Origin: Gemmatimonadales bacterium
Lineage (GTDB): Bacteria; Gemmatimonadota; Gemmatimonadetes; Gemmatimonadales; GWC2-71-9
NCBI GenBank assembly: GCA_038205305.1
Contig: JBBRBZ010000001.1
Coordinates: forward strand, 1,811-65,810
Direction: 5' to 3'
Length of the DNA: 64,000 nt
In this document: piece after piece, positions 55,410 to 64,000 of the stretch
Layout of the letters: the number at the start of each line of letters is the position of its first letter
How positions within the stretch are numbered: the first letter of the stretch is position 1
The notes under the pieces: generated by a model
What the model was told of the DNA's origin: nothing
What the model saw: the letters and a program-made list of their open reading frames with translations, nothing else
Database searches by the model: none
Translations under genes and position numbers: made by a program

Positions 55410-58400
55410 GCGAGCCGATGCTCGATCGTGCGCTTGACGAGGCCGCGCGCCCGCTTCGCGGGAGCAGTGGCCTGGCGCGGGTCCTGAGCGGCGTGGCCGC
55501 AGCGATCCTGTTGCTGGCGATGGCGGCGTGGTTCGGTCGTGCCGGGATGCTTGGCCCGTGGTGGGTGCTGCTGGTCTGGCTGCTCGTCGTGGCCTTGCTC
55601 GGGACCGGGTTGGTGCTTGCCCGACGCGCGATCGGTCGGCTGGGGCCGTGGCATGTGGGGGCGCTGCTCGAGCGGCAGGGCGCGTGGCGTCAGGGCGCGT
55701 TGACCACGGTGCTTGATGACGCAGCGCCCAACACAAGCACCGAGTTGCACCAGGTCGCCGCGGCACGGCAGGCGGCCGAGGTCAGGCAACGTGCGCCCGA
55801 AGCGCTGCAGCCGGTGGTCACCGGACAGGTGCACCTGGCCCGTCGCGTCGGTGCGATTGGGCTGATGAGTCTCGTCGCGCTCGTCGCCGCGCGCCCGACG
55901 GTCGGTGCGTCGGCTGGACTGTGGGACGTGTCTGGGGCGTGGATGGCGATCACCGCGCCCGTGGGGCTCGAGGCGCTGCACGATACGGTCGCGCTCGGCG
56001 AACCGGCCGTACTCCACCTGCATGCGAGCGGGCGTCGTGTGGCGACGCTCTTCACCCGGGCACCCGGTGAAGGGTGGCAGGCGACCGAGGTGGCGCTCGA
56101 TGGTGATGGTCGCGCCGCCCTCACGACGCCGCCACTCACCGCCGAACTGGTCGCCCGCGCCGAGGCTGGCGGTCACCGCTCCAAAGAAGTGCGGGTGGGG
56201 GTGCGTCTCGGCGCATTTCTCGGATCGTTTACCGTCACGGCGAAGTATCCCGCCTACCTCGGGCTCGAGAGTGAGGCACTTCCCGTTGGTGGTGACACGC
56301 TTGTCATTCCTGAGGGCACTCGACTCGAGATTGTGGGCCGAGCCACCGCGACGCTCGCGAGCGTTGCTCTGGATGGGCCACCGGGACATGTGACGCTAGT
56401 GGTCGAGGGCGGTGCCTTTCACGGTGACGTCACGCCGCGTGTGTCGGGCGAGTGGCGCCTGACGGTGGTTCCCACCAATGGCGTGAAGTTGGAGGGGGAG
56501 ATGCCGGTGCTGCCGCTTCGGGTGGTGCCCGACAGCGCGCCGACGGTGGAGATCCCGGTGCCCGGTGGTGACACGGTGGCGACTCCCGCGATGCGACTTC
56601 CGCTCGTGGTGGCGATACGCGACGACCACGGCCTGAGCGCTGCGGCGATCGAGTGGCGCATCGGCAGCAAGAGCGTGGCCGGCAGGCAGTCACTGACGCT
56701 ACCGCCAAGCGAAGGCGATCGCGCGCTCGTCACCACCACCCTCGATTTGACGGCGCTCGGGTTGAAACCCGGCGACACGCTCCACTATTCGGCGACCGGC
56801 ACCGATAACGCGCCGGCGCATCATGTCGGTCGGTCCAAGGAGTTCCTGCTCCGCATTCCGGATGCCGAGGAACAGCGGGCGGCGCAGGACCGGGCCACCG
56901 CGAGGACCGGCGGGGCGATCGATTCGCTGGCTGCGACGGCGAAGCGACTGCAGCGCACCACCGAGGATCTGGCGCAGGAACGTTCCCGCGCAGCGCAGCA
57001 GTCGATGGGCGAAGCACCGAAGGATCCGCTGGCGCTCGACGCGGCCAGAAAGGGCGAGGCGGTCGCGCAGCAGCAGGACAAGCTGATGAAGGATGCGGAG
57101 AAGCTGGCGCAATCGGTGGAAGAATTGCGGCAGGCTGCCGAGCGACAGGGACTGGCCGACTCCACTCTCGTCGCGCGTCTTGCCGAGGTCCGCAAGCTGC
57201 TCGATCAGGCGATGAGTCCCGAGCTCAAGGCGAAGCTTGCCACGCTGCAGCAGTCGCTCAAGGATCTCGATGCCGACCGGACGCAGAGCGCATTGCAGGA
57301 TCTCGCCAAGGCGCAGGCGCAACTCAAGGACGCCCTCGAGCAGGCCAAGGAACTCTTCACGCGCGCGGCACTCGAGAGCGATCTCGGCAACATGGCCAAG
57401 GAGGCGAAGGCGCTCTCCGACAAGCAGAAGGAGCTGAACGCCGAACGTCAGCTTCCGGGCAGCGGCCGAAGCCCGGCGCAGCAGGAGCAACAGCAGCAGC
57501 TCGCCCAGCGCGCCGACTCACTGGGCGCGGCACTCGATCGTTCCGCTGAGAAGGTGCCGGCGCAGAACACCAAGCAGGGGCTGCAGCAGTCGGCTCAGCA
57601 GGCCAAGGGCGCGGCCTCGAAGATGCGCGACGCGTCGAAGGCAACCAAGGACGGCGACCAGCAGAAAGCGCAGCAGTCAGGTGCGGGTGCCCAGAAGGAG
57701 CTCGAGCGGCTCGACGAGAAGATCCGCGAACAGCGCGAACAGATGCAGGCGCAGATGCGGAAAGAGGTGACGGTGGGACTCGAGCGCGCCCTGCAGGAGA
57801 CGTCCCGATTGGCACAGCGGCAGGTGCAGCTGGCGCAGTCCTTCGAGCGTGGAGCGCTGGCGACCCAATCGCGCATCGAGCAGGGGTTGCTCGAGGAGGG
57901 CGTCGGGAAGGTGATGCAGCAGGTCAATGATCTCGCCGGCAAGAACGCCCTGGTCACGCCCAAGGCCGCGGCGGCGCTCGCGGCGGCGCGCGAGATGATG
58001 CGGGCGGCGGTGGACGCCGTCGCGACGGCGAGTCCCGACTTCCGGCAGGCGGGCGAGCAATCGAGCGATGCAGTGGACGCCCTGGCAGTCGCCGCCTACC
58101 AGTTGCTGTCGGCCAAGGACAAGGTCGACGGTTCGGAGTCGGGCAGCGGGATGAAAGAGGCGATGGACCAGATGCAGAAGATGGCCGGCCAGCAGGGTCA
58201 ATTGGCGCAGCAGGGCGAGGGGATGGTGCAGCGGGGGCAGAGCAGTATGGAACAGCTGATGCAGATGGCGATGCAGCAGCGCGCGCTCTCGCAGCAGCTC
58301 GACCGGATGCGCGCCGGCGGCATGATGCCCGGCGCCGGCGAGATGGCGCGAGAAGCCAAGCAGCTGGCGCGGACGATCGAGGCCGGCCGCCTGACCCAAG

Positions 58401-58675
58401 AGACGGCGGACCGGCAGCAGCATTTGTTCAAGAAGATGCTCGATGCCGGACGCACTCTTCAGGGTGAAGAAGACGACGAGAACAAGGCGCGGCAGAGCAC
58501 CACCGCGAAGGACGCGGCCGCGAAGACTCCGGCCCTGCTCGATCCGCGCATCCGCAGCGGGCAGGGTGACATCCGGCTGCCGGGCTGGGAGACGCTACAG
58601 CGGTTGTCGCCGGAGGATCGTCGCCGGGTGATCGACTACTTCCGCCGACTCACCGATGGCGGGGGCTCTCGATGA
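55406..58675 (+). CDS. Giant membrane-anchored protein (2 N-terminal TM helices, beta-rich middle, ~550-aa Gln/Ala/Lys/Glu-rich coiled coil); DUF4175-like
   Basis: ORF 55307..58675 trimmed to ATG 55406 (ATGA overlap with the upstream stop). TM pair at aa about 25-75. VVPDSAPTVEIPVPGGD...VVAIRDDHGLSAAAIEW is a beta-sandwich-like segment. The C-terminal half is heptad-like and Q-rich. The DUF4175 assignment is from memory and unverified. Confidence 0.7.
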   Translation: MSEPMLDRALDEAARPLRGSSGLARVLSGVAAAILLLAMAAWFGRAGMLGPWWVLLVWLLVVALLGTGLVLARRAIGRLGPWHVGALLERQGAWRQGALTTVLDDAAPNTSTELHQVAAARQAAEVRQRAPEALQPVVTGQVHLARRVGAIGLMSLVALVAARPTVGASAGLWDVSGAWMAITAPVGLEALHDTVALGEPAVLHLHASGRRVATLFTRAPGEGWQATEVALDGDGRAALTTPPLTAELVARAEAGGHRSKEVRVGVRLGAFLGSFTVTAKYPAYLGLESEALPVGGDTLVIPEGTRLEIVGRATATLASVALDGPPGHVTLVVEGGAFHGDVTPRVSGEWRLTVVPTNGVKLEGEMPVLPLRVVPDSAPTVEIPVPGGDTVATPAMRLPLVVAIRDDHGLSAAAIEWRIGSKSVAGRQSLTLPPSEGDRALVTTTLDLTALGLKPGDTLHYSATGTDNAPAHHVGRSKEFLLRIPDAEEQRAAQDRATARTGGAIDSLAATAKRLQRTTEDLAQERSRAAQQSMGEAPKDPLALDAARKGEAVAQQQDKLMKDAEKLAQSVEELRQAAERQGLADSTLVARLAEVRKLLDQAMSPELKAKLATLQQSLKDLDADRTQSALQDLAKAQAQLKDALEQAKELFTRAALESDLGNMAKEAKALSDKQKELNAERQLPGSGRSPAQQEQQQQLAQRADSLGAALDRSAEKVPAQNTKQGLQQSAQQAKGAASKMRDASKATKDGDQQKAQQSGAGAQKELERLDEKIREQREQMQAQMRKEVTVGLERALQETSRLAQRQVQLAQSFERGALATQSRIEQGLLEEGVGKVMQQVNDLAGKNALVTPKAAAALAAAREMMRAAVDAVATASPDFRQAGEQSSDAVDALAVAAYQLLSAKDKVDGSESGSGMKEAMDQMQKMAGQQGQLAQQGEGMVQRGQSSMEQLMQMAMQQRALSQQLDRMRAGGMMPGAGEMAREAKQLARTIEAGRLTQETADRQQHLFKKMLDAGRTLQGEEDDENKARQSTTAKDAAAKTPALLDPRIRSGQGDIRLPGWETLQRLSPEDRRRVIDYFRRLTDGGGSR

Positions 58676-60417
58676 GGGGGACGCACGCACTCTGCTTGGT
58701 CATCTCGCTGCTCGCGCCGGCTTCCGCGGTGGCGCAGGTGCTGCCGGCCGGGGCCACTCCCTTGCAGCGTGCGCTCATGGCGGAGCGCAAGAATGCTTTT
58801 GCCGACGCGGCGAAGATCTACAGCGACATCCTCGCGACCAAGCCGGCCGAGACCACGGCACTGTTCGGCATGGAGCGGGTGCTCGGGCCGATTGATCGCT
58901 CCGCCGAGATGGTCCCGCTGATCCAGAAGGCGCTCACGATCGATTCCACCGGTGTCGGCATCCTGCAGATCGCCGTGCGCGTCTTCACCCGGTCCGCTCG
59001 CCCCGACCTCGCCCGCCACTATGTCCTCCGCTGGGCGAGTCTGGCGCCGGAGAATCCGGCGCCCTTCCAGGAGTGGTCGTCGGCCGCTGCCGAAATGCGC
59101 GATCGCGTGACGGCACGCGCCGCCCTTGACCTTGGCAGGCAACGGCTCACCGACAAGACCGCCCTCTCCCCTGACATCGCCCAGATGATGCAATCCGAGG
59201 GGAACGTCGCCGGCGCGGCGCGGGAATGGGCGCTCGCCGTGAAAGTCACGCCGGAGTACCGCAGTGGCGCCGCGATGCTGCTTGGTCAGGTGCCCAATGC
59301 CCAGCGAAGTGTGGTGCGGCAGGTGCTCCAGGACGGCACGATGGAAAGCCGGCAGCTGCTCGCGCTCATCGAGCTCGGCTGGGGGAACATCACCGATGGT
59401 ACTGCGCTGGTTCGGACGGCGCTCCCTCCGAAGGCCGACGATGCCGCCGACTTTCTCAGTTCGGCGATCGACCTGTTGCACGGCCGAGAGGATAGGCCGG
59501 CAAACCTTGCCAAGGGCGCGCTGCTGGAGGCACTGGCCCAGCGACAGGCAGGCGAAGAGGCCGTGCGAACGCGCCTCGAGGCCGCCCGCGGCTATGCCGA
59601 CGCGGGAGCGGAGCGCGATGCCCGACGGCTGCTCGGCTTGGTTTCCTCTGATCCGATGGCGCCCGCGGGAACCTCTGGGGCAGCATCGGCTGCGATGCTG
59701 GGCGTGCTGTTGGCGGAGGGGAAGGCGGCGGAAGCCGAGCAGGTGCTGGCCAAGCTCTCGCCGACGCTCACCATGGATGACCGTGACCGGGAGACGCGTC
59801 GGGTTGCGATGGCCTACGCCAAGACGGGCGACTTCGCTCGTGCCGAGGCGATGATCGTGGCCGATTCGAGCACGGCGGGGTTCGATCTCCGTGGCAGGCT
59901 CCGTCTCTTCGCCGGTGATCTTGCGGCGGCCAGCGAACTCCTCAAGGCCGCTGGTCCCTACGATGACGATCACGAGCATGCGGTGCAACGCGTGACGCTG
60001 TTGGTGCTGCTGCAAGCGGCGGGCAAGGATTCGTTGCCGGCCCTGGGAACGGCGCTTTTGGCGCTGGAGCGGGGCGACTCGGCGCAAGCGCTGAAAGGGA
60101 TACTCGAGGTCGCGGGGCAGCTCACGCCGTCCGGCGCTGCCGAGGCGCACCTGCTCGCTGGGCAGCTCTCGCTCGCCCGCGGCGATACCGCCAAGGCGTT
60201 GGGCTTGTTCAAGCTCGCCGACGACAGTCTAGTGCCTGGTGTGGCCCCCGCTGCACGCTTCCAGGTCGCGCGGATCACCGCGGCCGCGGGACATCGTGCC
60301 GACGCGACGACGCTGCTCGAGCGACTGATCGTCGACTACCCGGAGAGCGCGGTGGTGCCGGAGGCGCGGCGACTCCGCGACACCCTCCGTGGTGCAATTC
60401 CCGCGGGAGGCGGCTGA
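58672..60417 (+). CDS. Secreted TPR-like / all-alpha repeat protein
   Basis: ORF 58672..60417 with ATGA overlap upstream. Signal peptide LCLVISLLAPASAVAQ. Ala/Leu-rich helical repeats throughout. Confidence 0.65.
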   Translation: MRGTHALCLVISLLAPASAVAQVLPAGATPLQRALMAERKNAFADAAKIYSDILATKPAETTALFGMERVLGPIDRSAEMVPLIQKALTIDSTGVGILQIAVRVFTRSARPDLARHYVLRWASLAPENPAPFQEWSSAAAEMRDRVTARAALDLGRQRLTDKTALSPDIAQMMQSEGNVAGAAREWALAVKVTPEYRSGAAMLLGQVPNAQRSVVRQVLQDGTMESRQLLALIELGWGNITDGTALVRTALPPKADDAADFLSSAIDLLHGREDRPANLAKGALLEALAQRQAGEEAVRTRLEAARGYADAGAERDARRLLGLVSSDPMAPAGTSGAASAAMLGVLLAEGKAAEAEQVLAKLSPTLTMDDRDRETRRVAMAYAKTGDFARAEAMIVADSSTAGFDLRGRLRLFAGDLAAASELLKAAGPYDDDHEHAVQRVTLLVLLQAAGKDSLPALGTALLALERGDSAQALKGILEVAGQLTPSGAAEAHLLAGQLSLARGDTAKALGLFKLADDSLVPGVAPAARFQVARITAAAGHRADATTLLERLIVDYPESAVVPEARRLRDTLRGAIPAGGG

Positions 60418-61706
60418 TGCGGCGACGTGAATTTCTGCAGGCCGGTGTCGCGGTCGGGAGTGGGCTCTGGTTGCCGAGGGCTCGCGCTCGGCGCGAACCC
60501 CGGCGTGCCGCCTGGTACCTGGTGCCGATGGACGATGCCCAGGACGATCATCTCAAGGCCTATGGCCTCGCCTTTCGATCGTTGGCGCGCGGCGAAAGAG
60601 GCGAGTGGTTTCTGAACTACCGCGGCGGCAGCTTCATCGTGCCGGCCTCCGATGAGCTCAAACGCGATGCGGCCCTCACGGGTGTCTCGCTGGAGAGCAC
60701 GGACGATGCCGCGATCACCACGATCAAGGGGCAGATCCAAGCGAGCAACATGGACGCGATCCCGCTCGAGAAGACGCCGCGCGTTGCCGTCTATTCGCCG
60801 CCGGGCGCGCAGCCGTGGGACGATGCCGTCACGATGGTGCTCGAGTATGCCGGGATCAAGTACGACCGGATCTGGGACTTCGAGGTCATTGGCGACAAGC
60901 TGAAGGACTACGACTGGCTGCACCTGCACCACGAGGACTTTACCGGTCAGTATTCGAAGTTCGTGGTCAATTACGCCGGCGCCCCGTGGCTGCAGGCGAT
61001 GATGGAACTGCAGCGCGGCGCGGCCTCGTCGCTCGGCTTCGCCAACGTGCCCGCGCTCAAGCGTGCCGTGGCGCAGCGAATCGCCGCCTTCGTGGAGCGC
61101 GGCGGTTTTCTTTTCGCGATGTGCACCGCGACCGAGACGCTCGACCTCGCGCTGGCGAGTGAAGGGGTGGACATCGCTGCCGCCTATTCCGATGGCACGC
61201 CGATGGACCCCCAGGCGTCTTCCAAGATGGACTGGAGCAAGGCACTGGCATTCCAGAACGCTCAGCTCGAACTCTCGCCGTCGCTCGCCGTCTTCAGCGA
61301 TATTGACGGCCATCAGGTGAACAGCAGCGACCGCCAGCCACTCGGCGCTTTCGACCTGTTCAACTTCTCGGCCAAGATCGATCCCGTGGCCACCATGCTG
61401 GTGCAGAACCATCGGCAGGTAATTCCGGACTTCTACGGGCTGACCACCTCGTTCCGCCGGCGCGTGATCAAGCCCGGCGTGATCGTGCTGGCCGACGAAC
61501 CGGGCGCGCCTTGGGTCAAGTACATTCATGGAGAACATGGCAAGGGCACGTGGACCTTCTTCGGCGGCCACGATCCTGAGGATCCGCAACACGCCGTTGG
61601 CGACGCACCGACCGACCTGTCGCTTCACCCGCACTCTCCGGGTTATCGACTGATTCTCAACAACGTACTCTTTCCCGCCGCGAAGAAGAAGGAATTGAAA
61701 ACCTGA
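60417..61706 (+). CDS. Tat-signal exported protein, putative GATase1/ThuA-like fold
   Basis: ORF 60417..61706 with a 1-nt TGATG overlap. MRRREFLQAGVAVG is a twin-arginine motif. RVAVYSPPGAQPWDDAVTMVLEYAGIKYD...DYDWLHLHHEDFTGQY resembles class-I amidotransferase-like sheets. The fold assignment is tentative. Confidence 0.65.
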   Translation: MRRREFLQAGVAVGSGLWLPRARARREPRRAAWYLVPMDDAQDDHLKAYGLAFRSLARGERGEWFLNYRGGSFIVPASDELKRDAALTGVSLESTDDAAITTIKGQIQASNMDAIPLEKTPRVAVYSPPGAQPWDDAVTMVLEYAGIKYDRIWDFEVIGDKLKDYDWLHLHHEDFTGQYSKFVVNYAGAPWLQAMMELQRGAASSLGFANVPALKRAVAQRIAAFVERGGFLFAMCTATETLDLALASEGVDIAAAYSDGTPMDPQASSKMDWSKALAFQNAQLELSPSLAVFSDIDGHQVNSSDRQPLGAFDLFNFSAKIDPVATMLVQNHRQVIPDFYGLTTSFRRRVIKPGVIVLADEPGAPWVKYIHGEHGKGTWTFFGGHDPEDPQHAVGDAPTDLSLHPHSPGYRLILNNVLFPAAKKKELKT

Positions 61707-61735
61707 ACGACCGCATCTCCCCCGCAGTCCGGGAT

Positions 61736-64000
61736 GTGATCCGGCGCGAAGTACGATCCGCTGGCGGCAACGAAGTCTCCTTCGTCGCCACCGCCGACGA
61801 GGCGGGGCTGTTGCTCACGGCCCGCGCGGTCGCGCGTGGCACAGTCGACTGCGTGCTGGCCCTTCCCGGCATAGCCAAGCGCGGCGAGATGCTCCTGCAC
61901 AACCACCCCGGCGGCAACCTCGAGCCCTCGATGGCGGACCTCTCCATCGCCGCACGCGCCCACGACGACGGTATTGGCTTCGGCATCGTCGACAACGACG
62001 GGGCACGACTTTACGTCGTGGTCGAGATCCCGCGCGCCCGCCCGATCGTCCGGCTCGACCCCTTCGAGGTCATCGCCCAGTTCGCCGAAGACGGCCCGAT
62101 CGCCAGGGAAATGGGAAGCTACGAGGATCGGCAGAGCCAGCGCGATCTGGCTGCCTACCTCGTTGATGCCTACAACGACGGCGGCGTGCTGATGCTCGAG
62201 GCGGGCACCGGGGTGGGGAAGTCGTTCGCGTATCTTGTGCCGGCGCTGGCGTGGGCGCGAGCAAACGGCGAACGCACCGTCATCAGCACCAACACCATCA
62301 ACCTGCAGGAACAGTTGGTGGGGAAGGACCTGCCGTTGCTGCGCCGGGCGCTCGGTGATGACGAGTATCAGCCTTCCTTCGCGCTGCTCAAGGGGTGGCG
62401 GAACTATCTCTGCCGCGCTCGCCTTGAGACCGCCCTCGCGAGTCAGCAGTCGCTGCTCGAGGCGAACAAACACGACGAACTGGTGGACATTGCCGCCTGG
62501 GCCGGCCACACCACTGACGGCACCTTGGCGGACCTGCCGGTGCCGCCGTCACCGGATGTGTGGGACGAAGTGGCCGCTGAGCCCGACCTCTGTCCAAGGC
62601 TGCGCTGCCGCCATTTCGACAACTGCTTCGTCTTTCAAGCCAGACGGCGCGCCGCCCAGGCCGATGTGGTGGTGGTGAACCACCATCTCCTCGCCGCCGA
62701 TCTCGCGGTCCGTCGTGCATCCGACAATTGGGAAGAAGCCGCCGTGCTTCCTGCCTATCAGCGATTGATTCTCGACGAGGCGCATCATCTGGAGGACATC
62801 GCGGCCGGGCACCTTGGCGTGCACGTCACCAGCCGCGGGGTGCGTCGGCTGCTCAATCGCCTCGAACGGAGCGGCAAGGGGCTGATCCCGGCGCTGCAGC
62901 ACGATCTGGCTGCTGCGCAGGATTTGTTGAGCCGGGCGTCGCTCGACCTGGTACGCGAACGGCTGCTGCCCGCGGTAATGACGGCGCGGCGTGCCGAGGA
63001 GTCGCTCTTTCTCCGGTTGGCGGACTTCGTCTCATCGGCGGGAACAATGCAGGTACGGCTGGATGATGAGTTCGGTACCAATCCGATCTGGGAGGAGGGA
63101 CTTCGTCGGGAACTCGATGCGGCGATCCTTTCCTTCAACGGCATTGCCGAAGTGATCGAGACCGTGGCGGATCGACTTGCGCAGGTGGATCTCACCGAAC
63201 GGCGGAGCCAGCTGCTCAATGAGTGTCGTGGCGTCACTCGTCGTTTCGAGGCCCTGGTCGATGGCCTCAACGCCACGCTGCGCCCCGGAACGGGCCGGCC
63301 ACCCGACGTGCGCTGGGTGGAACGGAGTGGTCCGAAGGGGCAGACGCTGCAACTCGCCTCCGTGCCACTCGACCTGGCGCCGATGCTCCGCGAACTGTTG
63401 TTCGACAAGCTCGGTACGGTCGGACTCACCAGCGCGACGCTCGCCGCCGGCAACGATTTCGGCTTCTTGGCGTCGCGCATCGGGTTGAGCGGGGAAGGCT
63501 CGCCCTTGACGGTGCAGCAGATTTTCCCGTCGCCGTTCAACTACGCCGAACATTGCCTCCTGGGCGTGCCCGACGACATCCCCGATCCTCGGGAGGATGA
63601 GGCATCCCACGATGCTGCGGTAGCCCAGGTGGTGCACGACCTGGCTTGGGCGAGCGACGGTGGCATCTTCGCGCTCTTCACCTCCCACGCTGCCCTCCGG
63701 CGCGTCGGGGCGATGGTGCGATCGGACTTGGGGGGACGGTTCCCGATCCTGATTCAGGGCGAGGGGCAGCGCGACCACCTGCTCCGTCGCTTTCGCGAGG
63801 CTGGCAACGCGATTCTGCTTGGAACGGACTCGTTCTGGGAGGGCGTCGACGTACCGGGACGAGCACTGCGTGCGCTCGTCATCGCCAAGCTACCTTTCAA
63901 GGTGCCCTCCGAGCCGCTCACGGCGGCTCGACTGGAGCGTCTCGCCGAGCAGGGGGAGGATGGTTTCTTTGGTTATCTCCTTCCCCACGCGGCGCTGAAG
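61736..64000 (+). CDS. DinG/XPD-family Fe-S ATP-dependent DNA helicase with N-terminal RadC-like JAB/MPN+ (JAMM) domain; 3' end runs off the window
   Basis: My own translation of the open frame 61580..64000, which is not in the ORF track because it is unterminated. GTG 61736 is the first canonical start; CTG 61703 has GAAGGA 9 nt upstream. JAMM motif GEMLLHNHPGGNLEPSMADL. Helicase Walker A LEAGTGVGKSF, the DEAH box ILDEAHHL, and four Cys (YLCRA, LCPRLRCRHFDNC). C-terminal LGTDSFWEGVDVPG. Confidence 0.85.
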   Translation, partial: MIRREVRSAGGNEVSFVATADEAGLLLTARAVARGTVDCVLALPGIAKRGEMLLHNHPGGNLEPSMADLSIAARAHDDGIGFGIVDNDGARLYVVVEIPRARPIVRLDPFEVIAQFAEDGPIAREMGSYEDRQSQRDLAAYLVDAYNDGGVLMLEAGTGVGKSFAYLVPALAWARANGERTVISTNTINLQEQLVGKDLPLLRRALGDDEYQPSFALLKGWRNYLCRARLETALASQQSLLEANKHDELVDIAAWAGHTTDGTLADLPVPPSPDVWDEVAAEPDLCPRLRCRHFDNCFVFQARRRAAQADVVVVNHHLLAADLAVRRASDNWEEAAVLPAYQRLILDEAHHLEDIAAGHLGVHVTSRGVRRLLNRLERSGKGLIPALQHDLAAAQDLLSRASLDLVRERLLPAVMTARRAEESLFLRLADFVSSAGTMQVRLDDEFGTNPIWEEGLRRELDAAILSFNGIAEVIETVADRLAQVDLTERRSQLLNECRGVTRRFEALVDGLNATLRPGTGRPPDVRWVERSGPKGQTLQLASVPLDLAPMLRELLFDKLGTVGLTSATLAAGNDFGFLASRIGLSGEGSPLTVQQIFPSPFNYAEHCLLGVPDDIPDPREDEASHDAAVAQVVHDLAWASDGGIFALFTSHAALRRVGAMVRSDLGGRFPILIQGEGQRDHLLRRFREAGNAILLGTDSFWEGVDVPGRALRALVIAKLPFKVPSEPLTAARLERLAEQGEDGFFGYLLPHAALK

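Noticed and set aside
58636-61634. 504-aa (58636..60150) and 432-aa (60336..61634) minus-strand ORFs
   Set aside because: They lie opposite the plus-strand chain of translationally coupled genes whose products have signal peptides, a Tat motif and balanced composition. The minus-strand products are Arg/Gly/His-rich and lack starts with ribosome-binding sites.

Overview
High-GC bacterial chromosomal window, very densely packed: about 60 protein genes and one tRNA-Gln. I recognise no rRNA, CRISPR array, transposase, integrase or phage gene. The content is almost entirely core housekeeping. It includes a complete histidine operon (1..6260, minus strand) and a sigma-54 enhancer-binding regulator. 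An rpmE-prfA-prmC-tmk-ctpA operon, smc and rsfS follow. Further on are rpsF-rpsR-DUF2232-rplI, ychF, an H+/Na+-pyrophosphatase and the tRNA-Gln/prs/ctc/pth cluster. The last third carries a yeiH/LysR pair, pdxJ..ispE, mce, trxA and rsmI. The window ends with a translationally coupled envelope-protein cluster and a DinG-type helicase that runs off the right edge. Several traits suggest a Gemmatimonadota-like or other FCB-group organism, by inference only: a short SigA-type sigma factor, a TolB/Omp85 giant outer-membrane protein, DUF4159/DUF4175-like genes and a SPOR lipoprotein. I found no obvious defence island or mobile element, so this is mostly an ordinary core region. Items worth a second look: (1) a His-run leader peptide with terminator upstream of hisG, apparently on a leaderless transcript. 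(2) Unusual his gene fusions, HisA-HisI-HisE-HisD and HisC-HAD phosphatase. (3) An intact JAMM/RadC-like domain fused to the N-terminus of the DinG/XPD-like helicase. (4) A pseudo-Hpt (His-less) scaffold protein with reiterated VVSIxSLAP motifs. (5) A gluzincin-TolB-Omp85 fusion protein. (6) A long hairpin built from tandem heptamers. Many long ORFs in the six-frame track are antisense shadows typical of high-GC DNA and were rejected.
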